Source: a virus (taxonomy: Duplodnaviria; Heunggongvirae; Uroviricota; Caudoviricetes). Taken from it: a stretch of DNA of 47,664 bases. This document shows, piece after piece, positions 1 to 8,720 of the stretch. The notes beneath the pieces were generated by a model that did not search any database, was not told the DNA's origin, and worked only from the letters and a program-made list of their open reading frames with translations. The translations under genes and the position numbers were made by a program. Within the stretch, counting starts at the first letter, position 1. Each line of letters starts with the position of its first letter. The stretch is from IMG/VR virus record IMGVR_UViG_2639762844_000003; one strand, 5' to 3'.

Positions 1-1
1 A

Positions 2-1297
2 TTAATTTTTCATTGCTTCGTTATGGGGCATGGTTGGGGCAAACTCGCTTAACTGTGTATTTAACAAAGCTACCTGTGCATTATTGTTTTCAGACATCCA
101 TTTTCCGTATACCTGAAATACCATTTGCGCATCTGCATGGCCCATCTGGTTTGCTATAAATGCCGGGTTAGCACCAGCTGTCAGCGACCAGCAGGCATAA
201 GTATGTCTCGACTGATATGATTTTCGATGGCGGAGTCCGGCACGTTTTATCGCTGCGTCCCACATCTGCCTTATTGAGTCAACGGTAAAATGGTCACCAT
301 AATTTTTTACTCTCGCTGACACTTCAGGTTGAAAAACAAAGGTGCATTTATGTTTTTCTGTTCTGCCATACTCTCTGAGGTGAACATCAATGATATGCTC
401 TTTGCTCAGTCTCGTTAATGTCATCTGACTCCGGAGAGCGTCGATTGCTGGCTTAATAAGATGAATGACCCGATTGGTTCCCGCCTGTGTTTTTGGTACC
501 GTGAAACGGTCTTTTGCTAAATTTCTCCTGATCATCATTGTTCCATTTTTCAGATCTATGTCCTCCCATCCAAGTGCACACAGCTCACCAGGGCGAACGC
601 CAGTATAAACAGAAACACACCATAAATTTTTGGCTTGCTGATTTCTGCACGCATCGATAAGACGGATGAATTCCTCCCGCGAAAGAGGATCCGGAATGGT
701 TCTTGATTCCTTTAATGGCGAGATCCCCTTAAACGGGTTATCTACCAGGTAACCGTTATCAACACCAAACTGGAACACGGCGTTAAGATTTGTCATGTAA
801 TTATTTACAGTTACAGCCGATCTCCCTGGTTGTGTAACAATATAGTTACTTTTGGGGATCTGGTATCCAGTCAGTAGCTCTTTACGAACCTCCAGTAATT
901 TTTCTTTATTAATCGATGAGGCAAGATTTTTTTCACCGATTATGCTCAGGATATTTTTGATGACGGCACGGTATGTGTTGAGTGATGTTTTTGCGACTTC
1001 AGTTTCTTTCAGTGCCAGAAATTTTTCAGCCAGTTCTTTTATGGTTAAATCTTGTCGGGCCTCACCAAATTTTTCCAGATTGCGTGAGGAGGGAAACTGT
1101 TTTGCATAGTCGAAAACACCAGTTTTTATTGCGTAACAAACAGAGGCGCGTAGCTCACCTGCAACGCGCCTGTTTTTTGCTGTGTCAGGAACCCCCAGGT
1201 TTTCCCTGACTCTTACGCCTTTATAAACAAACCAGATACGTAATTTCCCTCCATGGTTTTCCACGCCTGTCGGATATTTCATTTCAACTTCTCTCAT
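2..1297 (-). CDS. int: Phage integrase, tyrosine recombinase family
   Basis: 431-aa ORF with the C-terminal catalytic region typical of lambda-type integrases (..HTYACWSLTAGANPAFIANQMGHADAQMVFQVYGKW..); sits at the prophage end next to an excisionase-like gene. Confidence 0.9.
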   Translation of the reverse strand: MREVEMKYPTGVENHGGKLRIWFVYKGVRVRENLGVPDTAKNRRVAGELRASVCYAIKTGVFDYAKQFPSSRNLEKFGEARQDLTIKELAEKFLALKETEVAKTSLNTYRAVIKNILSIIGEKNLASSINKEKLLEVRKELLTGYQIPKSNYIVTQPGRSAVTVNNYMTNLNAVFQFGVDNGYLVDNPFKGISPLKESRTIPDPLSREEFIRLIDACRNQQAKNLWCVSVYTGVRPGELCALGWEDIDLKNGTMMIRRNLAKDRFTVPKTQAGTNRVIHLIKPAIDALRSQMTLTRLSKEHIIDVHLREYGRTEKHKCTFVFQPEVSARVKNYGDHFTVDSIRQMWDAAIKRAGLRHRKSYQSRHTYACWSLTAGANPAFIANQMGHADAQMVFQVYGKWMSENNNAQVALLNTQLSEFAPTMPHNEAMKN

Positions 1298-1316
1298 TAG
1301 TTAGTGTGGCTTTTAG

Positions 1317-1568
1317 TCAAGTAAGATGACGTCTTGGTCTTGCTGATGCCTGGCGCTCAATCCAGCGATCAATTTCTTCCAGGTTGTAAAAGCATGGACT
1401 GTTATCCCATGGCATACCGTCATGAGCGACATGCTTATATTCCCTTCCTTCCATAAACGATTTTTCCCGGGCCTTTTTTAAGGTACCTTTTTTTATTCCT
1501 TTCAGCGCAATTAACTGCTCTTCGGATACCCATTTGCCGGGAGAGACAATCATGATTACTTCGCTCAT
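1317..1568 (-). CDS. xis: Excisionase-like small DNA-binding protein
   Basis: 83-aa basic ORF immediately upstream of int on the same strand; classic xis position. Confidence 0.6.
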   Translation of the reverse strand: MSEVIMIVSPGKWVSEEQLIALKGIKKGTLKKAREKSFMEGREYKHVAHDGMPWDNSPCFYNLEEIDRWIERQASARPRRHLT

Positions 1569-1640
1569 CGATTTCTTTATCTCTTACATTAGACGAGCGC
1601 CGGTTGCAGAATACCAGTCACAACCGGCGACAGTTGAACA

Positions 1641-4112
1641 TTAAGAATCAGCCTGACTCGGGATCAGTTTTTGCCAGATAACTGAAACGTATTTTGCCTG
1701 GTAACGGGCGTCATCAAGTGCATTATGGCGCTCACCTTCGAATTGAATAGCCGTTCTGGCATCGAAGTCTATGGCTTTCCCCAGCTCAACGATTGTGCGT
1801 ACATCGCGATCGTTGTAGTAACGCCACGGGCAGGGGATCCCCTGCCGTTCGTATGAACGGCGCAAAATCGTGTTGTCGAAGTTGGCTCCATTTCCCCAGA
1901 CCTGAACAAAAAATTCACCGGAGTTTTCGTCGATAAATTCCCGCAATTGTAACAGTGCATCATCTAACGGGATTTCATCGGTCATAATGGCAGATTGCGC
2001 TTCGCGTGATTGCTTAAGCCACCATTTAATGGTGTCCCGATCAATGACTCCGCCAGCAGTTTCCAGATCGATAGTCTTACTAAATTCCGGTCCCATATCT
2101 CCGGTTTGCGGATCGAAAAATATTGCACCTATTGAGATGATCGGGGCATCAGGATTTTTTCCCATGGTTTCAAGGTCGATCATTAGATGGTCACACGTCC
2201 TGCTGGTGGATGTGATTTCGTGATGACCGTTCACCTTAATTGAGTGATCTGCCGTCTCGCCAGTTTCATTATCGCTATCGTGATGCTGATTGCCGCCAGT
2301 GTTCTCCTTGTGTGGATGTTCAGCGCCTTCCATTTTCTCCGGATCATCTTCCTGAACTTCAACCTGATACTCTTCATCGAATGTTTCCTGGTATGTTGCG
2401 TCGCCCATTACCGCGCCACAATCAGGGCAGTTGCCGCCGCCGGTCTGACCGCAGGCGGTGCAGACTTTTTCCACTTTCTGTTGCGCCACTGATTCAGGCT
2501 GTTTCGTTTCTGGCTCGTTTTGTAACGCATTTGGGCTGTTTTGTTCCGCTTTTTGGTAGTTCCGTTCCGATTCATGCTGGTTCTGGTTCACAGAATCGCG
2601 GGTCTGGATCCCCTTAACCCATTTCGGATCATTCGGGTCACTAATCCCTTCAACAAATTCACCACGTGATGCAGCAAGCAACTTATCGGCGTCAGGCTGG
2701 ATGATATTGGCTGCCTGCATAATTTTGTTTACTTCGTCAGCGGTAACTTTTATCGGCTCTGGTTGTTCTGAATCTTCAGCGGTATCTACATTTTGCGGTA
2801 AGCCCGTGTATGTGCCATTTTTTCGGGCAAAATATTCTTCTTTTGTGATTTCAGTGGCGCCAGCAGCCAGTGCCTTATCCAGACCAGAAAGTTTGTTTGC
2901 GCGACCGTATTTTTCTCCGTCCTTATCTGCGAAGAGGAAATAGAACGGCCCCTCACGCTCTACAGATGGTTCAGCTTCCGGCGCGGTTTCATTTTTTGGG
3001 ATATCAGATACCTCAGTTTCCACTGCATCAGTTTGTGTTTCTGATGACTGGAGAACATCAACAGTGCCCAGGTCTGTTTCTTCATTCTCAAACACGCCCT
3101 TTGTCGTCAGGTATTCGCAGATATATTTGTTCAGTGCTACGGGATCTTTGTGAATGTCGATCGGACGTTCACGGACAAGGCCAAAAATAGTTTGGCGGTC
3201 GTAGCGAAGGGCATCAGGCTGTTTGCGCATTGATGCCGAGATACGCTTCCAGTCTTCGCGGTCGTTATCGATAACTTCATTTTTTGCCCAGCGATGGATG
3301 CTGCCGTCAATGTTTCCGGCATCCACATCACCAGGCCAGAGAGCGTAGGCCAGTTCGTCATCCAGTGTTTTCCATGTCTGCTTGTATTCGCGATGAATGG
3401 CAGCAATGACCGGGCTGATTTTTCCTGTTGAATTTTCAGTGTACTGTTGATTGGCTCTGGCGCGGGCGAGATCAACAACAGACGTGTATTTTCCGGTTTC
3501 CTTGCGTTCACCTTCGCGACGTTTTTTCCAGATGCGCATCTCTGCCTGAATTTCGGGCCATTTGGCACCAGGAATACATTTATGCTTAACCCACCCAATG
3601 GCGTGCAACTTAAGCTCCGGATACATGGCGTTAACTTCTGGCATTTTCATCAACGCTTCAACGATATGTCCGTCGAATGTTGCCATGTCTTCCTGCAACA
3701 ATTCCTGTGCGCTAATAACCATATCAACGGTGATGTTTTCACATGTGTCGAACTTAACCATGACAGCGTTCTGTACTTCAGGGGCCAGCTTGTCAAAAGT
3801 GACGTTCATCGGATCGGATTCAGTCTCAACCGGGACAAAAGAAGCAGACTCCTCATCCCAGCGGTTTTCCTGCATATATTCAGCATCCCATGAATCGAGG
3901 GCAGGGCGGGGTATGCCAGGTTTATCCTCGCAGACAATAAATTTATAAGCGCAGTCCTGAGCAGCCGGATAATGTTCCAGGAATTGCCAGTGAAATTTTG
4001 CTCGAGCACGGCGTTCGTCGCTAGCTTCAATGGCTGTGGCTACAGCCACAGCGCCTTCTTCCCTTGTTGCCAGTTCGTCAGGAATAGCGGCGCAAATAAA
4101 GACTTTACTCAT
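1641..4112 (-). CDS. Phage exonuclease, 823 aa, with C-terminal DnaQ-like DEDDh 3'-5' exonuclease domain and a central Cys4 zinc ribbon
   Basis: C-terminus carries Exo I (MIDLETMG), Exo II (WGNGANFDNTIL) and Exo III (HNALDDARYQAKY) motifs; CTACGQTGGGNCPDCG zinc ribbon mid-protein; occupies the recombination-gene position next to xis-int. Confidence 0.8.
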   Translation of the reverse strand: MSKVFICAAIPDELATREEGAVAVATAIEASDERRARAKFHWQFLEHYPAAQDCAYKFIVCEDKPGIPRPALDSWDAEYMQENRWDEESASFVPVETESDPMNVTFDKLAPEVQNAVMVKFDTCENITVDMVISAQELLQEDMATFDGHIVEALMKMPEVNAMYPELKLHAIGWVKHKCIPGAKWPEIQAEMRIWKKRREGERKETGKYTSVVDLARARANQQYTENSTGKISPVIAAIHREYKQTWKTLDDELAYALWPGDVDAGNIDGSIHRWAKNEVIDNDREDWKRISASMRKQPDALRYDRQTIFGLVRERPIDIHKDPVALNKYICEYLTTKGVFENEETDLGTVDVLQSSETQTDAVETEVSDIPKNETAPEAEPSVEREGPFYFLFADKDGEKYGRANKLSGLDKALAAGATEITKEEYFARKNGTYTGLPQNVDTAEDSEQPEPIKVTADEVNKIMQAANIIQPDADKLLAASRGEFVEGISDPNDPKWVKGIQTRDSVNQNQHESERNYQKAEQNSPNALQNEPETKQPESVAQQKVEKVCTACGQTGGGNCPDCGAVMGDATYQETFDEEYQVEVQEDDPEKMEGAEHPHKENTGGNQHHDSDNETGETADHSIKVNGHHEITSTSRTCDHLMIDLETMGKNPDAPIISIGAIFFDPQTGDMGPEFSKTIDLETAGGVIDRDTIKWWLKQSREAQSAIMTDEIPLDDALLQLREFIDENSGEFFVQVWGNGANFDNTILRRSYERQGIPCPWRYYNDRDVRTIVELGKAIDFDARTAIQFEGERHNALDDARYQAKYVSVIWQKLIPSQADS

Positions 4113-4205
4113 TTTGTTTTAACCTCATGACAGATTTAAGGATGAACAAATCCCTGCCATTGCTGGCATATAAGAATGAAACCGGATATTTATTACGGAA
4201 CTGTT

Positions 4206-4397
4206 TTAAAGACCTGCCGGGATTTCGATATTATACTGGTGAATAACTTTATCGACCGGGTAACAGTTACCGGGAATTTTCTGTTCGGTTGCTGCAGTCA
4301 TACACTCCTGCATTGTCCTGTGAACACTGACTGCAATATCAACTGGCTCTCCGGAAACAAGAAAAACTGTCAGAACAAGCGCAAATGCTGAATTCAT
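4206..4397 (-). CDS. ydfD: YdfD-like small protein (63 aa) with N-terminal hydrophobic segment
   Basis: Starts at the internal ATG (MNSAFALVLTVFLVSG...); size and position downstream of dicB match Qin ydfD. The ORF-track start further upstream is less likely. Confidence 0.5.
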   Translation of the reverse strand: MNSAFALVLTVFLVSGEPVDIAVSVHRTMQECMTAATEQKIPGNCYPVDKVIHQYNIEIPAGL

Positions 4398-4582
4398 TGT
4401 GCACATCCTTTTGGCATCAGACGTAAACGAGCCAGCATTGAAACAATGCATATTTTATTTAATAGCTCCCGTTCTTGTTTTCTCTTGTTAATGGCATCTT
4501 CAGTAAATACAGGGTTACTGATAGTGACACCAATTTCAAAACAACCTTCAGACGTATTAACGTTTGGTAATAACGTTTTCAT
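4394..4582 (-). CDS. dicB: DicB-like cell-division inhibitor (62 aa)
   Basis: Internal ATG with GAGGA Shine-Dalgarno 7 nt upstream; 62-aa product MKTLLPNVNTSEGCFEIGV...; follows the dicF-like RNA as in the Qin dic operon. Confidence 0.6.
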   Translation of the reverse strand: MKTLLPNVNTSEGCFEIGVTISNPVFTEDAINKRKQERELLNKICIVSMLARLRLMPKGCAQ

Positions 4583-4755
4583 TATCGCGTCCTCAACAAT
4601 GAATTTTGTGATGCAGTGCCTGGTGCCTCCAGGTGACGTTAACCAGTTAACAATTAACGCCGGATACAGAGAATCCACCCATAACACTGTTTTTGGTTTT
4701 AACTGTTCCGCGTGCGCTTAGCCGCATTCACCGCATCACAAAATTCACTTTAAAA

Positions 4756-4808
4756 ACGGCGGCAGAGCAGTCACGGAGTAAAACTGATACCGCCAAACGT
4801 CACCAGAA
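4756..4808 (-). ncRNA. dicF: DicF-like small RNA (antisense regulator of ftsZ)
   Basis: Minus strand reads TTTCTGGTGACGTTTGGCGGTATCAGTTTTACTCCGTGACTGCTCTGCCGCC followed by a T-run, matching the recalled DicF sequence; lies between the ydfA-like genes and dicB. Confidence 0.55.
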
Positions 4809-5068
4809 AATTGATAACAGAGGGCGTTGCAGCGGGGTTGTCACTTAAGCGTATGGTCAACCTGACAACTCGGTGTCCTCAACGGGGAAGGAATAACCCC
4901 GCCATACTTACCGCCGCGCCATTTCGCGGGTTGCCACAACCGGAAGCGCACGGTCGAATTAAATTTAACGACACCGTACAGTGAGACGAACTTCGCCGTG
5001 CGCTTTCGTGTTGTGTGCCTGCTTTTAACCACGTCAGGCGAGGTGGTATCCTTAAAATCACCACAGTT

Positions 5069-5644
5069 TTAAGGATTCATTAAGCAATGTCGCAACCACC
5101 AATAAATCCGCTTAAGAACATGAAAATTGATTACTGGTATAAAGCGCTTACAGTTGTTGGCGCTGCGTTGTTTGTCTTTAATGGAACGTCTTTTTTTGAC
5201 AGATATCCCGTTGTTCCATTGGGTTTTTTGTCCTCCGGCATCTTTTTTATTGGTTTGGGGGAGTGGATTAATCACCCTCTCAAAGTGAGATTTATTGGTC
5301 CTGGAGTTTGGACTCGTGGATATAATCGTTCTTCGTGCGCACTCGGTATCATCTTCGACATACTTGGTTGTTTCCTGATTGTTACAGGAGTCGTCAAGTT
5401 CTTCTGATGTAAAACCGCAAATGGGGCACGTAACGGGAATTTTGAAAAGCGTTTCTCCGGGTTCCAGAACAAAATTTTCTGCGGTCTGATTTTGCTTCTC
5501 ATATTTGTGCTCCGCGTCATTGTGAGAGCACATTCTTATTCTGAGTGCCTGTTTAAACTCACTGAAGCTGAGAGCTTCTTCGCCTTCGGCAAGGCCTTCG
5601 AAGTATTCTTCGTAAGCCTTTTCCATGATTGTGTCGAAATCCAT
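5069..5644 (-). CDS. Hypothetical protein in the ydfB/ydfC position; 3' half doubtful
   Basis: ATG at 5644 is coupled to the stop of the upstream ydfA-like gene (TGATATG) with a GGTGAG Shine-Dalgarno. The acidic N-terminal ~85 aa look protein-like; the K/R/N-rich C-terminal half overlaps a plus-strand membrane ORF and may be read-through. Confidence 0.35.
   Translation of the reverse strand: MDFDTIMEKAYEEYFEGLAEGEEALSFSEFKQALRIRMCSHNDAEHKYEKQNQTAENFVLEPGETLFKIPVTCPICGFTSEELDDSCNNQETTKYVEDDTECARRTIISTSPNSRTNKSHFERVINPLPQTNKKDAGGQKTQWNNGISVKKRRSIKDKQRSANNCKRFIPVINFHVLKRIYWWLRHCLMNP
5087..5407 (+). CDS. Small multi-pass membrane protein, hypothetical
   Basis: 106-aa ORF with about three hydrophobic helices; lies antisense to the 3' half of the 5069..5644 ORF, so only one of the two is likely real there. 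Confidence 0.35.
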   Translation: MSQPPINPLKNMKIDYWYKALTVVGAALFVFNGTSFFDRYPVVPLGFLSSGIFFIGLGEWINHPLKVRFIGPGVWTRGYNRSSCALGIIFDILGCFLIVTGVVKFF

Positions 5645-5645
5645 A

Positions 5646-5803
5646 TCACTCACCTGAGTTTCTTTCCAGCCAGCGACGGGCACCATTTTCGGTTTTAAAC
5701 GTTTTGCTTTTGGTATACGTCATCGCGGTGAACGTACCGTCCTGGTTGGGGAACACGCCACATACCAGAGATTCGCTGTTGCCAAGATCGATAGTATCCA
5801 TGC
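5646..5803 (-). CDS. ydfA: YdfA-like small protein (52 aa)
   Basis: ATG with GAGG Shine-Dalgarno 6 nt upstream; 52-aa product MDTIDLGNSESLVCGVFPNQDGTF...; first gene of the leftward operon below the repressor. Confidence 0.55.
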
Positions 5804-5877
5804 TGACCTCATTTCCCCTTAACGCCGGGGTAGCGGAACTGTTTGCTGAGAACACCGTGCGGTGTCTTGATGGAAGT

Positions 5878-5930
5878 AATTTAGTTTTCTCATTATTTTT
5901 CGTCAAGGTTTTTTGATGAGAAAACTCAAG
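5878..5930 (-). promoter_or_regulatory. Leftward PL-like promoter with flanking operator motifs
   Basis: On the minus strand: -35 TTGACG (5901-5906), 17-nt spacer, -10 TAAATT (5878-5883). The motif ATGAGAAAACT occurs at 5916-5926 and, inverted, at 5883-5893, bracketing the -35. Confidence 0.45.
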
Positions 5931-5993
5931 TATTGGCGCAAGATAAAGCCAATACATTGAAATGTAAGGCTTTAAAATTTTGTGAAGGGATGA

Positions 5994-6401
5994 TTATTGA
6001 TGCTTGTTGCGTTTGCGAGCCTCTAATAGCTCGGTGAACAGGCGATTAAAATTCTCAACGCGGGCGCGGAGTTCGCTGAGTTGTGCTTGTTGCTCTGATT
6101 TAGGAAGTGCGCGATACAAACGCAGCATCTCTAACTCATCTTCCGATAAGTCTAAGGCACTATCGAGTGAAACAGGGGGAGCTGGTGTTTTGTCCTCGTC
6201 GCCAAACAGTATCCAGGTTGGTGAACATTGCAATACCTCGGCGAGGCGATGCAAATTTTGCCCGCGCGGGGCTGTATGGTCACTTTCCCATAATGAAATT
6301 GATGAGCCAGATACGCCAGCAGCTTTGCTTAAACCGTTTTGACTTAAGCCTACCTGCTTACGTCTTTCTCTAATGCGTTGACCTAAAGTTTTCTCGTTCA
6401 T
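5994..6401 (-). CDS. dicA: DicA-like HTH (XRE family) prophage repressor
   Basis: MNEKTLGQRIRERRKQVGLSQNGLSKAAGVS... helix-turn-helix and the ..LQCSPTWILFGDEDK.. motif recalled from DicA; diverges from a cro-like gene. An alternative upstream ATG at 6452 would give a leaderless start. Confidence 0.8.
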   Translation of the reverse strand: MNEKTLGQRIRERRKQVGLSQNGLSKAAGVSGSSISLWESDHTAPRGQNLHRLAEVLQCSPTWILFGDEDKTPAPPVSLDSALDLSEDELEMLRLYRALPKSEQQAQLSELRARVENFNRLFTELLEARKRNKHQ

Positions 6402-6423
6402 ATTTAGATATCTTAATAACCCT

Positions 6424-6466
6424 TGACTTGAGATTCCTTGAGTGATTAGCATTGAGAAAACTCAAT
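6424..6466 (+). promoter_or_regulatory. Rightward PR-like promoter with palindromic operator
   Basis: -35 TTGACT (6424-6429), 18-nt spacer, -10 TAGCAT (6448-6453), overlapped by the inverted repeat ATTGAG-AAAA-CTCAAT (6451-6466); GGAGG Shine-Dalgarno and cro-like ATG follow. Confidence 0.5.
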
Positions 6467-6478
6467 ATTGGAGGTGCG

Positions 6479-6706
6479 ATGTTTAAATCAGACGTAATTA
6501 ATTTTTACGGTACGAAAGCCAAAGTAGCGAAAGCTGCTGGCGTTGACCCATCTGCTGTTTCTCAATGGCAAGAGCTGGTTCCTGAAGGTCGCGCGATGCG
6601 TCTACAGGAGGCATCTGGCGGCGAGCTTCTGTATGATCCCAAGGTTTATGACGAATATCGTAAGACGAAGCGGGCGGGGCGGTTGAACAATGAAAATCAC
6701 TCCTGA
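6479..6706 (+). CDS. dicC: Cro/DicC-like small regulator
   Basis: 75-aa product from ATG at 6479, with GGAGG four nt upstream; divergent from the repressor. The ORF-track start at 6452 is a TTG inside the operator. Confidence 0.7.
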   Translation: MFKSDVINFYGTKAKVAKAAGVDPSAVSQWQELVPEGRAMRLQEASGGELLYDPKVYDEYRKTKRAGRLNNENHS

Positions 6707-7211
6707 ACAGGCTCGTGAGGCTCTGGATGCCTGGATATGTCGACCAGGAATGACACAGGAGCAGGCGACGATATTAATCACTGAAGCATTCTGGGCTTTG
6801 AAAGAGCGCCCGAACATCGATGTTCAGCGTGTCACAGATGAAGGTGGCGCGGTTGATCAGCGAGCGCTTGGCGTTAATCGAGTGAAGATATTCGAACGCT
6901 GGAAGGCTATCGACACTAGGGATAAGCGTGAAAAGTTCACGGCGCTAGTGCCTGCAATTATGGAGGCTATCCGGATTAATGATTTCAGGTTGTATCGTGA
7001 AATTAGTGACGGAAAAAGCATCACGTACATGATCGCCGGGTTAAACAAAGAATATGGCGATGTGGTGGAGTCCGGACTGCTTTTTGCTGATCCTGCCGTA
7101 GTGGATCGTGAAACTGACGAACTTATAGAAAAAGCAATTGCTTTCAAACTTGCGTATCGACAGCAATACAAACAAAAAGCTGGATGGAATTATGAGCCTT
7201 CTTTTTGCTGA
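6690..7211 (+). CDS. YdaT-like early regulator
   Basis: 173-aa ORF directly after the cro-like gene, the position held by YdaT/CII-type proteins in Rac-like immunity regions. Confidence 0.55.
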   Translation: MKITPEQAREALDAWICRPGMTQEQATILITEAFWALKERPNIDVQRVTDEGGAVDQRALGVNRVKIFERWKAIDTRDKREKFTALVPAIMEAIRINDFRLYREISDGKSITYMIAGLNKEYGDVVESGLLFADPAVVDRETDELIEKAIAFKLAYRQQYKQKAGWNYEPSFC

Positions 7212-8157
7212 ACGCCCACTGGTTATAAACACACAGCTTGCGATGAAGATTGGCTTAAATGAAGCCATTGTGTTGCAGCAGTTGCATTACTGGTTGAGAG
7301 ATACCAATTCCGGCATGGAATGTGATGGTGTTCGCTGGATTTACAACACAACGGAACAATGGCTGGAACAGTTCCCATTCTGGTCAGAGTCAACGTTAAA
7401 GCGCGCGTTTGCAAGTCTGAAAACGCTGGGGCTTTTGCGTTGTGAAAAGCTCAATAAATCAAAGCGCGATATGACCAATTTCTACACGATCAACTACGGG
7501 AGCGAGCTTTTAGATGGTGGCAAATTGAGCGAATCCATCGGTTTAAAATGCGCCGCTCCATCAGGTCAAAATGACACGATGGAAGAGGTCAAAATGAAAC
7601 GCTCCATTGGTTCAAAACGACCCAATGTCATCGGGTCAAAATGGCCTGATGATCTTACAGAGAATACAACAGAGATTACTACAGAGAATAAAAACACTTT
7701 TCGTCCGGAAGCTTCGCAACCGGACCCGCAGACCGCTGAACAGGATTTTTTAACCCGGAACCCCGACGCGGTTGTGTTTAGTGCGAAAAAACGCCAGTGG
7801 GGTAGCAGGGAGGATTTGGCGTGTGCGCAGTGGATTTGGGGGCGGATCGTGAACCTTTACGAACAGGCTGCCAGCGACGATGGAGAGATCATGCGACCAA
7901 AAGAGCCTAACTGGACAGCCTGGGCCAATGACGTGCGCACAATGCGGATGCTGGATGGCAGAAGCCACAGACAAATTTGCGAAATGTTTGGTCGGGTACA
8001 GCGAGATCAATTCTGGGTAAAAAACATCATGAGCCCGTCAAAACTCCGCGAAAAATGGGACGAACTGGTCATCCGCCTGGGACGTTCACCTGTACAGCGT
8101 TGTATGAATCATATTTCTGAACCGGATACAGAAATTCCGCCTGGTTTCAGAGGATAA
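7192..8157 (+). CDS. Phage replication initiation protein (replisome-organiser N-terminus, DnaT-like C-terminus)
   Basis: 321-aa product from the internal ATG at 7192; the coding sequence contains a five-copy iteron array, as lambda O does. Confidence 0.7.
   Translation: MSLLFAERPLVINTQLAMKIGLNEAIVLQQLHYWLRDTNSGMECDGVRWIYNTTEQWLEQFPFWSESTLKRAFASLKTLGLLRCEKLNKSKRDMTNFYTINYGSELLDGGKLSESIGLKCAAPSGQNDTMEEVKMKRSIGSKRPNVIGSKWPDDLTENTTEITTENKNTFRPEASQPDPQTAEQDFLTRNPDAVVFSAKKRQWGSREDLACAQWIWGRIVNLYEQAASDDGEIMRPKEPNWTAWANDVRTMRMLDGRSHRQICEMFGRVQRDQFWVKNIMSPSKLREKWDELVIRLGRSPVQRCMNHISEPDTEIPPGFRG
7540..7643 (+). repeat. Origin-like iteron array, GGT(C/T)AAAA(T/C)G x5
   Basis: Direct repeats at 7540-7550, 7564-7573, 7587-7596, 7609-7619 and 7634-7643, spaced about 23 bp, followed by an A-rich tract with ACAGAGA repeats (7650-7700). 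Confidence 0.55.
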
Positions 8158-8197
8158 GTTTTGATTTCAGGTCATGAGGTAATTTTAAGGGGGACTT

Positions 8198-8599
8198 GTG
8201 GCAAAAGTTTTTACACAAGAAGAGCGGGAAAAAATTAAAGGGCAGGTGGTGGAACTCGTGCGCCAGAGCGGTCGTGAGACGTTACGGCAACTGGAAGCTA
8301 AAACAGGTGCGACTAGATATCTGATGAGCGTTCTTGCCAGAGAGCTGGTAGCCAGTGGCGATGTATACAACTCCGGCTACGGGTTATTCCCGTCTGAACA
8401 GGCGCGTAAGGACTGGCAAAACGCCCGCAAAAAACTATCGAGGGCAAAGGTGAAGAAAACAGCTGTGGTTGATCCGGACCTTATCTGGTCGTTACCTGAT
8501 GGAGAAATACGTCGCTACGACAGTCGCCTAAACATAATCTGTCGCGAGTGCCGGATGAGTGAAGTTATGCAGCGCATACTGGCATTTTATCAGGGATAA
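8198..8599 (+). CDS. Hypothetical protein
   Basis: 133-aa ORF with GTG start preceded by AAGGGGGA; backbone GC content. Confidence 0.55.
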   Translation: MAKVFTQEEREKIKGQVVELVRQSGRETLRQLEAKTGATRYLMSVLARELVASGDVYNSGYGLFPSEQARKDWQNARKKLSRAKVKKTAVVDPDLIWSLPDGEIRRYDSRLNIICRECRMSEVMQRILAFYQG

Positions 8600-8696
8600 T
8601 GTTAGGTATTTTAGACGTTACTAGATTAAAAAGCATTAGTTCAGGAGTGAATTGACATTCTCATTTTTCATGGCACAGGGTAGATCTGGCGTGGTT

Positions 8697-8720
8697 GTCC
8701 GCTTTGTGCCAGAAGCGGAC
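8697..8720. repeat. Hairpin GTCCGCTT-N8-AAGCGGAC at the left edge of the AT-rich island
   Basis: 8-bp perfect stem; a near-identical stem (GTCCGCT-N10-AGCGGAC) occurs at 10404-10427 at the island's right edge. Confidence 0.5.

Noticed and set aside
852-1209. Plus-strand ORFs 852-1109 and 982-1209
   Set aside because: Antisense to the integrase; low-complexity products; no ribosome-binding sites.
1769-4030. Multiple 60-150-aa ORFs on both strands inside the exonuclease gene
   Set aside because: All nested within or antisense to the 823-aa ORF, which has clear catalytic motifs.
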